Positions 37,001 to 44,181 of a DNA stretch of 64,000 nucleotides are shown here, in pieces; positions within the stretch are counted from its first letter, which is position 1; each line of letters begins with the position of its first letter. Both the position numbers and the translations under genes were made by a program. The notes beneath the pieces were generated by a model. It made no database searches and was not told the DNA's origin. It worked only from the letters and a program-made list of their open reading frames with translations. The stretch lies in contig OZ244993.1 in assembly GCA_965223485.1 (NCBI GenBank), positions 177,438 to 241,437 of the forward strand, in the 5' to 3' direction. The DNA comes from Rhodothermales bacterium (GTDB taxonomy: Bacteria > Bacteroidota > Rhodothermia > Rhodothermales > VXPQ01).

Positions 37001-40000
37001 TTCATCCTCTGAAACATCAGACGGCACAAAGAACGTCGGATTAGGACTTCGGGGCCCAAGTAAGTTCGCCAGATTTTCTGTATTGACTATCGGATTCCAT
37101 CTATACGAATATTCTGCGCCATCAGGAGCACCTGAAGCTGAGCAACTGAATTCGAAATTTTCCGATCCCTCGTAGAACTCGTAATAATATTCCGTGCATG
37201 TAATAGCAAGTACCCCATCGAACGAATCACGATCCAACACTGATACTGAAACGAGGTAGGAAATGCGAGTGGCCGGTCGTGTTCGTGTTATTTCCAGGGT
37301 GTATTCATAAATTTCATGATTATCAATACTATCGGGGACATCAAAAACGGGATTGGGTATGTCCGTAGCACTTAATCTATCCGTATTTGATGTGGCTTCG
37401 CGAGCTGTCCACTCCCAATTAAACTGATCGTATGGTATGGGATCTCCGTTAAATTTAACAAAACAATTACCTATGGTTCCGTTATTATCTCCCTCAAAAA
37501 AAGATGCTTGCGGAAAACATTTATATTCATAAAGCAAATAAGGATTAATTACACCAACAAGTATATCTAATTTTTCACTTTTCGAATCCTTGCTAACAGA
37601 AACAGTATAATAAAAGTCTAAACGATTGTCTATGTCTATATCATAACCAGGGACATCAAAAACGGGATTGGGTATGTCCGTAGCACTTAATCTATCCGTA
37701 TTTGATGTGGCTTCGCGAGCTGTCCACTCCCATATAGCACCTTCTGGCACACCGAGTGCCTGGCAATTTAATTCGATATCATCCGAACCTTGATAAATCC
37801 TAAATATTGACGAAGAACCACATACAAGATTAAATTCGGTTTGATTTATATTTCTGACAACAATTCGATATTGAGCCGTGAATTCATCGGCATTATCAGC
37901 TGATATAGTATAAAGATATTCATAGATTACATTTTCCTCAACATCGTCAGGAACCTTAAAAACGGGAGTGCTAGTATCTATTTCTTCCAAGAGTGAAAGA
38001 TCATCAAGTGGTGTCTCACCTCGAACTGTCCAGTTATATTTATATTCGGATCCCTCAGGAGCTCCAGTCGGATCATTAAGACAGCCAACAAGTTCAAAAT
38101 CCGAATCCCCTTCATCAACAGTGTATGTTCCGAAACTTAGACAACTTTTTATATCCGGCTTCTCCAGCACCGTGACGGTAATGTCGGCACTGGCCGTCTC
38201 GGTGCCTGCAACCGTCATCGTCACCGTATAGTCGTAGTCCTTATCGGCTCCACCCGACTCATCTATATCGTCCGGCACGTCGAAGGTGGGTTTCAGGATA
38301 GTCATGCTGCTCAAGTCGTCCGTATCCGACGTGCTGCCGCGAGCCGCCCACGCGTACGTAGCGCCGGACGGCTCGTCCGCCACCGAACAATCCAGCGTGA
38401 AATCATCCGAGGCTTCGTATATCTCGGCATCCTCGCAAGTGATCGAAGGCGCTGGCGCGCTTACGTCCTCCACCGTCACAGTGACATCGAGTGTAAAGTC
38501 ATCCACGTTCTCTGTGCTCTCTGTGCTCACTGTCAACGTATACTCGTACATCTCGTCCTCGTCCACCGCATCCGGTGTGTAAAATATCGGAGATTCTATG
38601 TTCGTTGCGCTAAGCAGGTCCGTGTTCGGCGTACCGCCCCGAGCCGCCCATGCGAACGTGTAGTTGGAACCGGCAGGTGCGCCGTGCCATTCTCCCAGAC
38701 AACCAGTGAATATTTCCGTATCGCTGTTACCTTCAAGTGTGCTGGATAGGAACCAATAGTTGATTACGCCATCATTGCCACAGTCGATATCCGGCTTCTC
38801 CAGAACTGTTACTTTTACATCCTCGGTGACATCAGTGATGCCCGAAGCAGACAGCGTCACCGTGTATTCGTAGTCCTTATCTGCATCATCCGACTCATTA
38901 ATGTCAGTCGGCACAGAAAACATCGGTTTCAGGATAGTCGTGCTGCTCAAATCGTCCGTATCTGCCGTACTGCCCCGCACCGTCCACGCGTACGTAGCGC
39001 CCGTCGGCTCATCTGTCACCGAACAGTCCAACGTAAAATCAGCCGTGGCTTCGTATATCTCGGCATCATTGCAAGTGACGACCGGTGCACTTCCTTTGAA
39101 CATCAGCGCCGAATCATCCGCGGCGGCCTGCGCCCCTTCTGCTCCACCCGTAACCGTCACAGTCACTCTTCTGCGCGCCGTGCGGGGCATGCCCGAGGCC
39201 GACGACGTCATGCTCGCTATGTAATGGTACTCCTCGCCCGCGCTGCCCGCAGGAGCCGTAAACAGCGCAGACGACATATCCGTCGCATCCAGAAGCGACA
39301 TGCTCGCGCCCCAAAGACCCTCCCACTCCCATTCGATCGACGCTCCGTCCTCGTCGTAGTCCATACGATGCGACAACGGATCGACCCCCTCGCAATCGAG
39401 CGAAACAGCCGAACCCTCCTCAACCGCTACCTCCAGCGGACAATACACGCTCGGACGGCTGCTCGATACGTACACCTCCACCTCCGAGGACGACGAAAGA
39501 CCCGTCGCGCGGGACGTCGCCGTCAAACGGTACCGGTAAAGAAACGTCGTCTCACCCGAACGGAACGACTCCAGCGTCTCGTACGCCGGAGCCTCCGGAG
39601 CCACTACCGAAGGATTCGGACTGTCCTCGGGAATCAAACGAGGATTCTCCAGATAGTCCCGCGTCGTATTGCCCACGGGCTCCCACGAATACTCCAGGTG
39701 TTCCTCTCCCGAAGCGTCCCACGCATGGCACTCGACCTGTCCCGTCTCGAGCTCCTCCAGAAACACCGCCACAGGACACTCCAGACGAGGAGGCGCCTGC
39801 GCAAAAGGCCCGCCATCCGAAGAACCGGGAAATTCCTTGTCCTCTGCGCCCGGCGACCCCGGAAAAGACGGCCAGGGAACGATCCCTTCTTCTCCCGGAA
39901 CCCCGAAAGGATCCTGCGGCGGAGCCTTCTCCCAGGGAAGACAACCTTCCCGATCTCTCACAAAACCGGAAAACGTATCGCACTCCTCTTCGCGAGCCCC

Positions 40001-40414
40001 GGATGCTCTCTCAGCCCCCTGAACAAGACCCTCCACCGTGACCGCTACCGACGCCGTCGCATAAACGCCCGCCCCCGTCGCCGTCAAAAGGTATGCGTAC
40101 TCCTCTCCCGCCCCCGATAAGGAAGCCGTGAATAAAGGCGCCAGGGCCTGCGCATCGCTCAGAAGACGAAGCCCGTCGCCCGAGACCGCCTCCCACGCGT
40201 AGCGGATGCCCTCCTCGGGTACCGATGTCGCAGTACACGATAACGAAACGGCCTCGCCTGCTGCAACATAAAGGCGAGGAGAGCAAGACAAGGAAAACGA
40301 CTCTCCAAAAACGTCCCCACCCTTGACGGGAAAACCGCCTTCCTCGATCACCTGACCGTATGCGACGGATGCGCATGCCAACAGCGCAACGGCAACGGAT
40401 AGCATGCGCGCCAT
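31052..40414 (-). CDS. Giant secreted Ig/PKD-like repeat protein, paralog A (~3,120 aa).
   Basis: Track ORF 31052..40486. The ATG at 40414 gives the same MARMLSVAVALLACASVAYG/Q signal peptide as C. The first ~335 aa are identical to C in the track translations. There are 15 regular modules (32501-36910), about 7 irregular ones including an AT-rich block, and the C-terminal module at 31052-32500. Confidence 0.9.
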   Translation of the reverse strand: MARMLSVAVALLACASVAYGQVIEEGGFPVKGGDVFGESFSLSCSPRLYVAAGEAVSLSCTATSVPEEGIRYAWEAVSGDGLRLLSDAQALAPLFTASLSGAGEEYAYLLTATGAGVYATASVAVTVEGLVQGAERASGAREEECDTFSGFVRDREGCLPWEKAPPQDPFGVPGEEGIVPWPSFPGSPGAEDKEFPGSSDGGPFAQAPPRLECPVAVFLEELETGQVECHAWDASGEEHLEYSWEPVGNTTRDYLENPRLIPEDSPNPSVVAPEAPAYETLESFRSGETTFLYRYRLTATSRATGLSSSSEVEVYVSSSRPSVYCPLEVAVEEGSAVSLDCEGVDPLSHRMDYDEDGASIEWEWEGLWGASMSLLDATDMSSALFTAPAGSAGEEYHYIASMTSSASGMPRTARRRVTVTVTGGAEGAQAAADDSALMFKGSAPVVTCNDAEIYEATADFTLDCSVTDEPTGATYAWTVRGSTADTDDLSSTTILKPMFSVPTDINESDDADKDYEYTVTLSASGITDVTEDVKVTVLEKPDIDCGNDGVINYWFLSSTLEGNSDTEIFTGCLGEWHGAPAGSNYTFAWAARGGTPNTDLLSATNIESPIFYTPDAVDEDEMYEYTLTVSTESTENVDDFTLDVTVTVEDVSAPAPSITCEDAEIYEASDDFTLDCSVADEPSGATYAWAARGSTSDTDDLSSMTILKPTFDVPDDIDESGGADKDYDYTVTMTVAGTETASADITVTVLEKPDIKSCLSFGTYTVDEGDSDFELVGCLNDPTGAPEGSEYKYNWTVRGETPLDDLSLLEEIDTSTPVFKVPDDVEENVIYEYLYTISADNADEFTAQYRIVVRNINQTEFNLVCGSSSIFRIYQGSDDIELNCQALGVPEGAIWEWTAREATSNTDRLSATDIPNPVFDVPGYDIDIDNRLDFYYTVSVSKDSKSEKLDILVGVINPYLLYEYKCFPQASFFEGDNNGTIGNCFVKFNGDPIPYDQFNWEWTAREATSNTDRLSATDIPNPVFDVPDSIDNHEIYEYTLEITRTRPATRISYLVSVSVLDRDSFDGVLAITCTEYYYEFYEGSENFEFSCSASGAPDGAEYSYRWNPIVNTENLANLLGPRSPNPTFFVPSDVSEDEVYSYRLTVTSTDGNSIPASAVVVVTVKNKPSITVTCPGDSYGAYEGEGDILLDCKATGKPSDSEYVYAWTARGGDTSRLSSTTIEQPTFEAPGSVNSDETYEYTLTVSADNAEDGFANVTVTVKNKPSITVTCPGDPYGAYEGEGDILLDCEATGKPSDSDYVYAWTARGGGDTSRLSSTTVEKPTFHVPDEVDGDETYEYTLTVSADNAESATEDVTVKVLKKATLTLVCTSPAPVYEGSADFDLNCSASGAPSGSDYVYEWTARGSTVVPGQLSSTTVEKPTFHVPDEVDSDETYEYTLTVSADNAESATEDVTVTVLNKKALDLACATPSPVYEGSEDFALDCAASGAPSGSDYEYVWTARGSTANTDLLISGVDDPAPTFDVPEEVDEDETYEYLLTVSAENAESATAEVTVKVLNLGSIALVCASPPLVYEGSEDFALDCSVSGDTGDVDYVYEWAAIGATPNTSRLSAADIPSPTFYVPDALDETTTYEYLLTASAENAESASAEVTVTVLNLGSIALVCASPPLVYEGSEDFALDCTASGAPGGSTYGYAWTARGSTTNTDMLSRADIASPVFAVPEEVDATTTYEYTLTVSAENADPASADVTVTVLNKGALALACADPGSVYEGSEDFALDCAASGAPGGSTYGYAWTARGSTTNTDMLSRADIASPVFAVPEEVDATTTYEYTLTVSAENADPASADVTVKVLNKGALALACADPGSVYEGSEDFAFDCAASGAPGGSAYVYSWIAQGGKPDTGLLSATDIASPTFHVPDDVPQTTTYEYRLRVSAENAESAVALVRVKVLNKGALALVCADPGSVYEGSEDVAFDCEASGAPGGSAYVYSWIAQGGKPDTGLLSATDIASPTFHVPDDVPQTTTYEYRLRVSAENAESAVALVRVKVLNKGALALACADPGSVYEGSEDFAFDCSASGAPAGSEYTYVWTDRGATANTDRLISGADGPAPTFSVPDALDATTTYEYLLTVSADNAVDATAEVTVKVLNLGSIALVCASPPLVYEGSEDFALDCSVSGDTGDVDYAYEWAAIGATPNTSRLSAVDISSPTFYVPDALDETTTYEYLLTASAANAESSSARVTVTVLNKKTLDVACATPSPVYEGSEDFALDCAASGAPGGSGYTYVWTDRGAIANTDRLISGADGPTPTFSVPDALDATTTYEYLLTVSADNAVDATAEVTVKVLNRGTLAVACAPPPLVYEGAADFDLDCSASGAPSGSDYVYEWTAQGDTPDTSLLSAVDVSSPMFYVPEEVDEDETYEYLLTVSAENADPATAEVTVKVLNLGSIALVCASPPLVYEGSADIAFDCSASGAPGDDPQYTYAWTARGDTPDTALLSAADVSSPMFYVPEEVEEDETYEYLLTVSAENAESGSAEVTVTVLNRGALSVVCVDPPSVYEGSEDFALDCSASGAPAGSAYEYAWTARGSTTNTALLSAADVSSPTFYVPEEVEEDETYEYTLTVSADNAEDAAAEVTVTVLDRIRTPAPDPVSPPVDSPPLASSSAREPSEPSALGVTVSASSLRFGVQSSQTRASLDPLTDGISTRVSGPYHAGRMTLSPGGGASFDENGEMDLSIEVVAPVLLKREDAAGPSSLVLSPSWSYAESCEQLSSQAIGGLYTEATLTEGACRLLRFGGELDLTGAPSGRYAGAMDVVLRSGESEETHSVEVEVTVVPAQRVITIGPGGVRFGTSRELAAGLTEEQNLSIYPDVAFLTEGKPHGAFELSNPSLIPLEVSVSARFGYTEATEDGREVVVEDASDSRLGDLSQVVDIHPAVVVLQPGEKGLVRYGVQEGALAAMAEKGYAAFFDVVSSPRQYVRSDRMPEEVTGERTARVTMRVPGVYVPGEGASQLRATLLSLSYGVSMSATFLLETQDRPFAGEVVAYDGQGRELGRRETLVYTRSRVRVPLDRMPEEEVVFLRFAPWGSSRVPEPASVEWDAPRRDIGAAGDKERRTIPKSALQ
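32501..36910 (-). repeat. In-frame tandem array of ~15 units of 294-297 bp inside paralog A.
   Basis: Identical shadow-ORF translations start at 34317 and 34611 (294 bp apart). The protein modules fall into the same subtypes as in C and E. Confidence 0.9.
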
Positions 40415-40787
40415 GCAATCAGGCAGGGCGCCGCAGCGACCGACAAAACCCGGGCTCAAATCGCCCTTTATTATATATATATACAAATGAGGTTCTTGCA
40501 GCCTATACTCTCTCTCGCCGGTTCGATGACCGGGGGGCCGGGCTTAGGCCAAGGGTTGATGCCGGTAGCTACCCTTTGAGGTCTCCGGTGCATCTTCCAT
40601 CCGTTCGGTTTTTCTTGCTTCGGGCGTGTCGGATATGCAGGCTGCACCCATCTTGTGAATTAAGGCTTCATAGCAATAGCAAATTATCAACGTATCAATA
40701 TATTTTCAAGGCACTTATGTGACCTAACTGTGATATTATAGGCTATATGCGTGATTCTATTGTGAACTTCCGGGCAGACCGCTCATT
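40415..40787 (-). promoter_or_regulatory. Upstream/leader region of paralog A (duplicate of 14181-14550).
   Basis: See 14181-14550. Similarity ends 10 bp before the stop codon of the FAH-family gene. Confidence 0.5.
40472..40483. repeat. (TA)6 dinucleotide microsatellite upstream of paralog A.
   Basis: Read directly: ...ttta tTATATATATATAcaaatga. It is two units shorter than the copy upstream of C. Confidence 0.95.
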
Positions 40788-40796
40788 GGATCAATA

Positions 40797-41702
40797 TTAA
40801 GAAGAGTGTTGCGCCGCATCCGGACGCCACGGTCTACCGATGGGCGCCCAGGGCGGCGCCACATCCTGCCGGATTGCCCCCAGTTGCTCGATTTCCAGGT
40901 CCACTACATAACCCACCCGCAGGTATTTCGGGGGCGTCATGGCCAGCCCGACTCCCTCCGGCGTACCCGTGGACAGGATATCCCCCGGGAGCAGCGTCAT
41001 GAAACGGCTCACGTAGCTGACGAGCATGGGAACGGAAAAGATCATATCTCCTGTCGAACTGTGCTGCATCTCCTCGCCGTTGAGCGCAAGCCGCATGTCC
41101 AGATCGTGCACATCGGCGATCTCGTCCGGGGTGACGAGCGCAGGGCCCAGCGGAGAAAACGTGTCGCAACTCTTGCCCTTCACCCACTGCCCGCCCCGCT
41201 CGATCTGATATTCCCGCTCGGAAACGTCGTTCATGACCGAATACCCCGCTACATACTCCAGCGCCTCGCTTTCCGCTACATACTTCGCCCGACGCCCGAT
41301 AATCACGGCCAGTTCGACTTCCCAGTCGGTTTTTCTCGACCCGCGCGGCAGTACGATGGGGTCGAACGGCCCGCTGAGCGACGTACTCGCCTTCATGAAC
41401 AACACGGGTTCCTCCGGCACGGCCATCTTCGACTCCTTCGCATGGTTGTAGTAATTCAGTCCGATGCAGACGATCTTGCTCGGACGGGCCACCGGCGGCG
41501 CGAGACGCTCGTTCTCATCGACCCGAGGGGCATCGGCGGCCTTGCCCTCCTCCAGCCATGCGCGCAGCCGGGCAATACCATCCCCGGCAAAAAATGCTTC
41601 GTCGTAGTCGTTGGCTACGGCGGAAGCGTCCACGCGCGTCCCGTCCGGGAGCAAGAGGCCCGGCTTTTCGGCGCCGGGCGAACCGAATCGAATGAGTCGC
41701 AT
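40797..41702 (-). CDS. Fumarylacetoacetate-hydrolase-family hydrolase. Candidate 2,4-diketo-3-deoxy-L-fuconate hydrolase.
   Basis: The ATG at 41702 gives MRLIRFGSPGAEKPGLLLPDG... FAH-family stretches are present: KIVCIGLNYYNHAKE, DWEVELAVIIGR, GDILSTGTPEGVG. It is adjacent to an SDR, and fucD is in the window. Confidence 0.7.
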   Translation of the reverse strand: MRLIRFGSPGAEKPGLLLPDGTRVDASAVANDYDEAFFAGDGIARLRAWLEEGKAADAPRVDENERLAPPVARPSKIVCIGLNYYNHAKESKMAVPEEPVLFMKASTSLSGPFDPIVLPRGSRKTDWEVELAVIIGRRAKYVAESEALEYVAGYSVMNDVSEREYQIERGGQWVKGKSCDTFSPLGPALVTPDEIADVHDLDMRLALNGEEMQHSSTGDMIFSVPMLVSYVSRFMTLLPGDILSTGTPEGVGLAMTPPKYLRVGYVVDLEIEQLGAIRQDVAPPWAPIGRPWRPDAAQHSS

Positions 41703-41733
41703 CGGATAACTGATGATTGTCGATGATCGCAGA

Positions 41734-42540
41734 TCAGGGGCGAAGCAGGATCGTCCCCCCGTCCATGGGAAAAAGCGCCCCGGTAATGAATGCCGCCGCA
41801 TCCGAACACAGATACAGAACCAGCCCCGCCACTTCTTCCGGCGTCCCCATCCTGCCGATGGGCTGTGCTGCGGCCAGCCGGTCATACATTTCCCGCTCCC
41901 TGCCCGGATAGTTTTCTGCAAGGTACCCGTCCACGAACGGGGTGTGAATGCGGGCGGGCGCAATGGCGTTGCACCGTATACCCTCCTGCAGATAGTCGCA
42001 GGCTACGGAAAGGGTCATGGTCAGCACGGCGCCCTTACTCATTGAATAGGCAAAGCGATCCGGGATGCCGATGGCCGACACGGTCGAAGCCATGTTCACG
42101 ATAGCGCCGCCCCGCCCGCACATGCCCTGCACAGCGGCCTGGAGGCAATGGTACACGCCCTTTACGTTGACCCGGTAGACCCGGTCGAAATCTTCTTCGG
42201 CGGTCGTCGCCACCGTGCCGACATGGGACACGCCTGCATTGTTGAACAGAACATCTACGGGAGCCAACTCCCCGGCGATAGTCCGGAAGGTTTCATGCAC
42301 CGCCTCCCCATCGGACACATCGCAGGCATAGAAGGCCGCAGGCGAACCCATATCGGCAGCCAGCGCCTTGCCCGCTTCCTCGTTCACATCCAGCAGGGCA
42401 ACAAAGGCGCCTTCCCGCGCAAACAGCTCCGCCGTAGCTTTCCCGATGCCTGAAGCCGCGCCGGTCACCACCGCCGTACGACCCGCAAGCCGCCCGCCGG
42501 GGCGATTCGCCTCTCGCATGTCAGGAGCAGGCTGGTTCAT
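41734..42540 (-). CDS. Short-chain dehydrogenase/reductase. Candidate 2-keto-3-deoxy-L-fuconate dehydrogenase.
   Basis: Motifs VVTGAASGIGKA (TGxxxGxG), NNAG and YSMSKGAV (YxxxK). Its stop lies 31 bp upstream of the FAH gene start. Confidence 0.75.
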   Translation of the reverse strand: MNQPAPDMREANRPGGRLAGRTAVVTGAASGIGKATAELFAREGAFVALLDVNEEAGKALAADMGSPAAFYACDVSDGEAVHETFRTIAGELAPVDVLFNNAGVSHVGTVATTAEEDFDRVYRVNVKGVYHCLQAAVQGMCGRGGAIVNMASTVSAIGIPDRFAYSMSKGAVLTMTLSVACDYLQEGIRCNAIAPARIHTPFVDGYLAENYPGREREMYDRLAAAQPIGRMGTPEEVAGLVLYLCSDAAAFITGALFPMDGGTILLRP

Positions 42541-42548
42541 ATCCCGAT

Positions 42549-43946
42549 TTATTCCTCGATGCGGGCGTCGAGCTGGACCGGATAGGGGTCCAGCCCCGCC
42601 CGATGTTCCGCCACGCGCGCCGCAATTTCTTCCAGCACCTCCGGGTGCTCTGCGGACACGTCGAACCGCTCGGATGGGTCGTGCTCAAGATGATTCAGGA
42701 CTGGCGTATCGTGCGGCACAGGGTCGTCGCCGATGTAGGCCCGCTGCGTAATAAAGTGCGCTTTCCACGGCCCCACCCGCGCGGCAAAAAGGCGCGTACC
42801 CCGGTAGTACAGGATCATATCGTGGGCCTCCTCGGCACTTCCCCGGAGGATATTCCCAAGGTCCATCCCGTCGATCGTGCGGTCGTCCGGAACCGGCACG
42901 CCCGCCATACCCAGCACCGTGGGAAACACATCCATCGCCGTAACGAGCGCCGAATTGACCGCCCCCGCCGGTACGGCGCCTGGCCACCATGCAAGCGCAG
43001 GCGACCGCATGCCTCCCTCGTAGGTGGTGCCCTTGCCGTCCCGCAAAAGCCCCGCCGAACCGCCGTGCGTCCGGAAAATCAGCCAGGGACCGTTGTCGCT
43101 CGTGAAGAAAACAAGCGTGTTTTCCGCAATGCCCTCTTCCTCGAGCGTCTCCATGACCTGTCCTACGCTCCAGTCGATCTCTTCGATCACGTCCCCGTAG
43201 AGGCCCGCCTTGCTATGACCGGCGAACGCTGCGCTACGAAAAAGCGGCACATGCGGCATACTGTGCGCCAGATACAGGAAGAACGGCTCGTCGGCATGAT
43301 CGCGGATGAAGGCCGTCGCCTCCTCCGTATACCGCCGGGTGATCGTTTCCTGGTCAACCGGGCGCTCGATGACTTCCGTATCGCGTATCAGCGGCACGTT
43401 CCAGTATTCGGATTTGGGCTCCCGGAATATTTCCTGCCATTCGCCGCCGACTGCGCGATCCATGTCGTTGGAATAGGGAATACCGTAGTAGGAATCGAAG
43501 CCGTGGCTTGTCGGCAGAAACGGTTCGAGATGACCGAGATGCCACTTCCCCACCATGCCTGTAGCATACCCGGCGTCCCTGAGCGCTTCCGCAATCGTAA
43601 TTTCGCGCGCCGGCAAGCCCAGTTTGGAATCCGGGGAAAGCACCCGGCGCTGGTCGCTGGCCATCCCGCTCCGGATCGGCAGACGACCCGTCAGCAGAGC
43701 AGCCCGGCTCGGCGTACACACCGAGGCGCCCACATAGAACTGGGTGAATTTCATCCCCTCCGCCGCCATGCGGTCAAAATTGGGCGTGCGGATCGTCGGG
43801 TGCCCGTACACACCGATATCCCCGTAGCCAAGGTCATCCGCAAAGATGAGCACCACGTTCGGAGGGCGATCCTCCTGCGCCGCCGCCGGACGCCCGGCAA
43901 ATGCCGTCAGACACACGAAAAGCGCTGCGCAGATCAGGCAGCGCAT
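42549..43946 (-). CDS. Secreted arylsulfatase-A-family sulfatase (465 aa).
   Basis: The ATG at 43946 gives MRCLICAALFVCLTAFAGRPAAA/QEDRPPNVVLIFADDLGYGD. The formylglycine motif CTPSRAALLTGR is present. Confidence 0.85.
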   Translation of the reverse strand: MRCLICAALFVCLTAFAGRPAAAQEDRPPNVVLIFADDLGYGDIGVYGHPTIRTPNFDRMAAEGMKFTQFYVGASVCTPSRAALLTGRLPIRSGMASDQRRVLSPDSKLGLPAREITIAEALRDAGYATGMVGKWHLGHLEPFLPTSHGFDSYYGIPYSNDMDRAVGGEWQEIFREPKSEYWNVPLIRDTEVIERPVDQETITRRYTEEATAFIRDHADEPFFLYLAHSMPHVPLFRSAAFAGHSKAGLYGDVIEEIDWSVGQVMETLEEEGIAENTLVFFTSDNGPWLIFRTHGGSAGLLRDGKGTTYEGGMRSPALAWWPGAVPAGAVNSALVTAMDVFPTVLGMAGVPVPDDRTIDGMDLGNILRGSAEEAHDMILYYRGTRLFAARVGPWKAHFITQRAYIGDDPVPHDTPVLNHLEHDPSERFDVSAEHPEVLEEIAARVAEHRAGLDPYPVQLDARIEE

Positions 43947-44181
43947 GGAAAGCGAGTTGGATCGAAACGCGAAACACGCCGGGTGGCGGATTGCATCAGG
44001 CATCGGAGCAAACATGAAACCGGTGGACGTATCGTTGCAGGAAAAGTTTGAACGGAAGAATATGCTTCCGCCCCATAAAATACATGCGGGACAAACGGAT
44101 TTCGCCTTATCCCTCCTTTTTGGCTTCCGCAACACTCCGGCACACAAGGGGTTGCCTCGATTCAGGTCTATTGAGAACGGT

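Noticed and set aside
42603-44051. Long ORFs antisense or out of frame to housekeeping and catabolic genes: 42603..44051 (sulfatase), 45172..46530 (receptor), 49166..50530 and 49896..50966 (valS), 53482..54840 (htrA/plsC), 55429..56502 (GT4), 14631..15626 (kinase), 43846..45063 and 44168..45139 (eda region).
   Set aside because: Each overlaps a gene with clear family motifs on the other strand or frame, and each shows the Arg/His/Pro-rich composition typical of non-coding frames in GC-rich DNA.
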